IMG/VR virus record: IMGVR_UViG_3300014203_000012 | Span: 119,920-183,919 of that record | DNA from: a virus | Taxonomy: Duplodnaviria; Caudoviricetes | DNA: 64,000 bases | Strand: one strand, 5' to 3' | In this document: positions 62,244 through 64,000 of the stretch, in pieces | How the letters are laid out: the number at the start of each line of letters is the position of its first letter | How positions within the stretch are numbered: position 1 is the stretch's first letter | Notes under the pieces: generated by a model | Databases searched by the model: none | The model's input: the letters and a program-made list of their open reading frames with translations, nothing else | What the model was told of the DNA's origin: nothing | Program-made: the position numbers and the translations under genes

Positions 62244-62422
62244 TATAAACACCTCTTATTCTTTTATATTTAATCATGTGTTGTATAGCTATGAGTTAAA
62301 CAATATCTCTATACTAGAGATAGTATAGGGATATGCTCTGTTTGTAATAGTGGTATATCTTGATGATATATTATAAAAGTGAGAATAAATAAAATAATTA
62401 TAATATAAGGGGAGATTTTATT

Positions 62423-62722
62423 ATGTATAAAGTTGTAGAAAATACTATGGTAGTTAACGAGGATAACATTATGCGTGGGGTATTAGCTTTGACTAATGAG
62501 ACTGAAGATTCAAGTGTTATCTTTGAAGGTTCTGATTCGTTGGACGATGACAATATTGATTGTCTAGAAAAGATGAAGATCGTATTTCAGAACTTGCCTA
62601 AAGATATTAAGGTATTACAATTTGAAAAGTATTCAGTTACGCTTGAAGGCGATACCGCATTAGAATTAATGGTTGATATTGTCGAAAATACTATCAAAGC
62701 AGTTAAAGCCAGACTTAATTAA
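62423..62722 (+). CDS. Acidic hypothetical protein, early-type promoter
   Basis: 99 aa; motif GATATATTATAAAAGTGAG at 62365-62383; AGGGGAG RBS. Confidence 0.7.
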   Translation: MYKVVENTMVVNEDNIMRGVLALTNETEDSSVIFEGSDSLDDDNIDCLEKMKIVFQNLPKDIKVLQFEKYSVTLEGDTALELMVDIVENTIKAVKARLN

Positions 62723-62791
62723 TAAGGAACTTCGGTTCTTTATTTTTTCTCAAAATAGAGAGGATAGCATTTAGCTATCCCTCTTATCTAT

Positions 62792-63400
62792 TTATTTAGA
62801 TATTGTAGATGCGGCATAACCTACGCCAACACCTATGAGTGTTCCCCATACTGTTTGTTGAGTTTTCTGTCGTTTAAGAACAGCTTGTTCATGCTCCATG
62901 CCTAATACAGTATTAGCAATTTCTCGTTTAACAATAGAATCGATATCTAATGTAGATGTGGTTTCTTGTGTTATAACAGTCTTACCATCCACAATTGCTG
63001 TACCGTCTAAATTTGTAGTTGGCAGTTCTTGTTTTTTGCCATTATAAGAAACAACAATTGGATTTACTTTATTAGTAACTTCAATACTAGCATCATTTTT
63101 AGTTGCCTTTTCTACGTATTCTGTCTTAACAATAGTATCACCTTTTATGTATTCCTTTAATGGAACACCTGCAGCTTTTTCTGCTTTAGCTACAGCAATA
63201 ACAGCTTTTTCTTTATCATCTATTACTGTAGCATACGTGGCTTTAAAAGTGTTATACTCTAAGTTTAGAGCATCCAATTTTCCCTGATAATATTTGGCGG
63301 TGTATTGATATGTTGCTATTGAGCATACAAGGGCAATTATAATAATTGCCGCTATGTTCTTAACTGAAGCCTTTTGAGAATCGGTTAACACAATGTTCAT
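62792..63400 (-). CDS. Membrane-anchored coiled-coil protein (spanin/lysis accessory-like)
   Basis: N-terminal TM (IAAIIIIALVCSIATY), coiled coil, hydrophobic C-terminus. Confidence 0.45.
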   Translation of the reverse strand: MNIVLTDSQKASVKNIAAIIIIALVCSIATYQYTAKYYQGKLDALNLEYNTFKATYATVIDDKEKAVIAVAKAEKAAGVPLKEYIKGDTIVKTEYVEKATKNDASIEVTNKVNPIVVSYNGKKQELPTTNLDGTAIVDGKTVITQETTSTLDIDSIVKREIANTVLGMEHEQAVLKRQKTQQTVWGTLIGVGVGYAASTISK

Positions 63401-63420
63401 TTAACTTTCCCCCCTTATTA

Positions 63421-64000
63421 TTATAAGATATAAACGTATGAAGATCCTTTAGCTTGCACTAAAATGTCCCCATCTATATCTTTATGAGTTTCTACCATAA
63501 CTATTATATCTCCAACAATATCCGCATTTATGGGCATTTCTACAGAAATATTCCCATCAATAAATGAAGTACATTTTTGCATAGCTATAATATCACCATT
63601 AATATCGGTTGATATATTTTGATATACAGTTATATCACCATTAATATCTTCAACCACCCCAGGTATTACGTTAATATCGCCATCGATATCTACAGGATCT
63701 GCTGGAAGTTCTACGAATAAATATCCTGATACTTCCTTTGCAATCGGTTGAGATACTGACACCTCACCATTAATATCAGTGATACTATCCTCTTTATTAA
63801 TAACTAGATCACCAGTAATATCAACAAGAGTATATCCTTTAAGCGACACCTCACCAGTTATCTCGGCGCTAATATCTTCTTTATCAATGACCAAATCACC
63901 AGTAATATCGATAGGGTCTGTTTTAACTGCAGCATCGATATCACCATTAATATCATTAGATTGAATTGGCTCTAGGTTAATAACTAGATCTCCATCAATA
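63421..64000 (-). CDS. 3' part of repeat-rich acidic structural protein (fibre-like), truncated by window edge
   Basis: Frame stays open to window end; 14-16-aa repeats DI(N/D/T)GD(I/L)xV. Confidence 0.65.
   Translation of the reverse strand, partial: IDGDLVINLEPIQSNDINGDIDAAVKTDPIDITGDLVIDKEDISAEITGEVSLKGYTLVDITGDLVINKEDSITDINGEVSVSQPIAKEVSGYLFVELPADPVDIDGDINVIPGVVEDINGDITVYQNISTDINGDIIAMQKCTSFIDGNISVEMPINADIVGDIIVMVETHKDIDGDILVQAKGSSYVYIL

Overview
AT-rich window from a jumbo phage of the AR9/PBS1/phiKZ-related type that encodes its own multisubunit RNA polymerases. The host is probably a Firmicute (strong GGAGG RBSs); this is inferred, not shown. It holds virion genes (a ~4050-aa tape-measure/tail lysin and baseplate-like proteins) and three RNA polymerase subunit genes: a large beta-like gene, a beta' C-terminal half, and a beta' N-terminal half split by two sibling group I introns, one carrying an HNH homing endonuclease. 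Nucleotide/DNA genes include thyX, tmk, RNase H, RusA-like, a minimal PolB-like gene and MazG-like. Two promoter classes recur: TATATATTATAwarrTGA (early-like) and (A/T)ACA-N6-TA (AR9 late-like), plus many palindromic terminators. Most notable: (1) three dispersed RCC1/BLIP-II propeller cassettes with hypervariable loops, a shared C-terminal tail and flanking repeats; (2) an ADP-ribosyltransferase-like domain inside the RNAP beta subunit; (3) a small orphan protein carrying a copy of the RNAP catalytic loop/intron insertion site; (4) a hairpin-dense non-coding locus with its own promoters. All calls are by eye; no searches were run.
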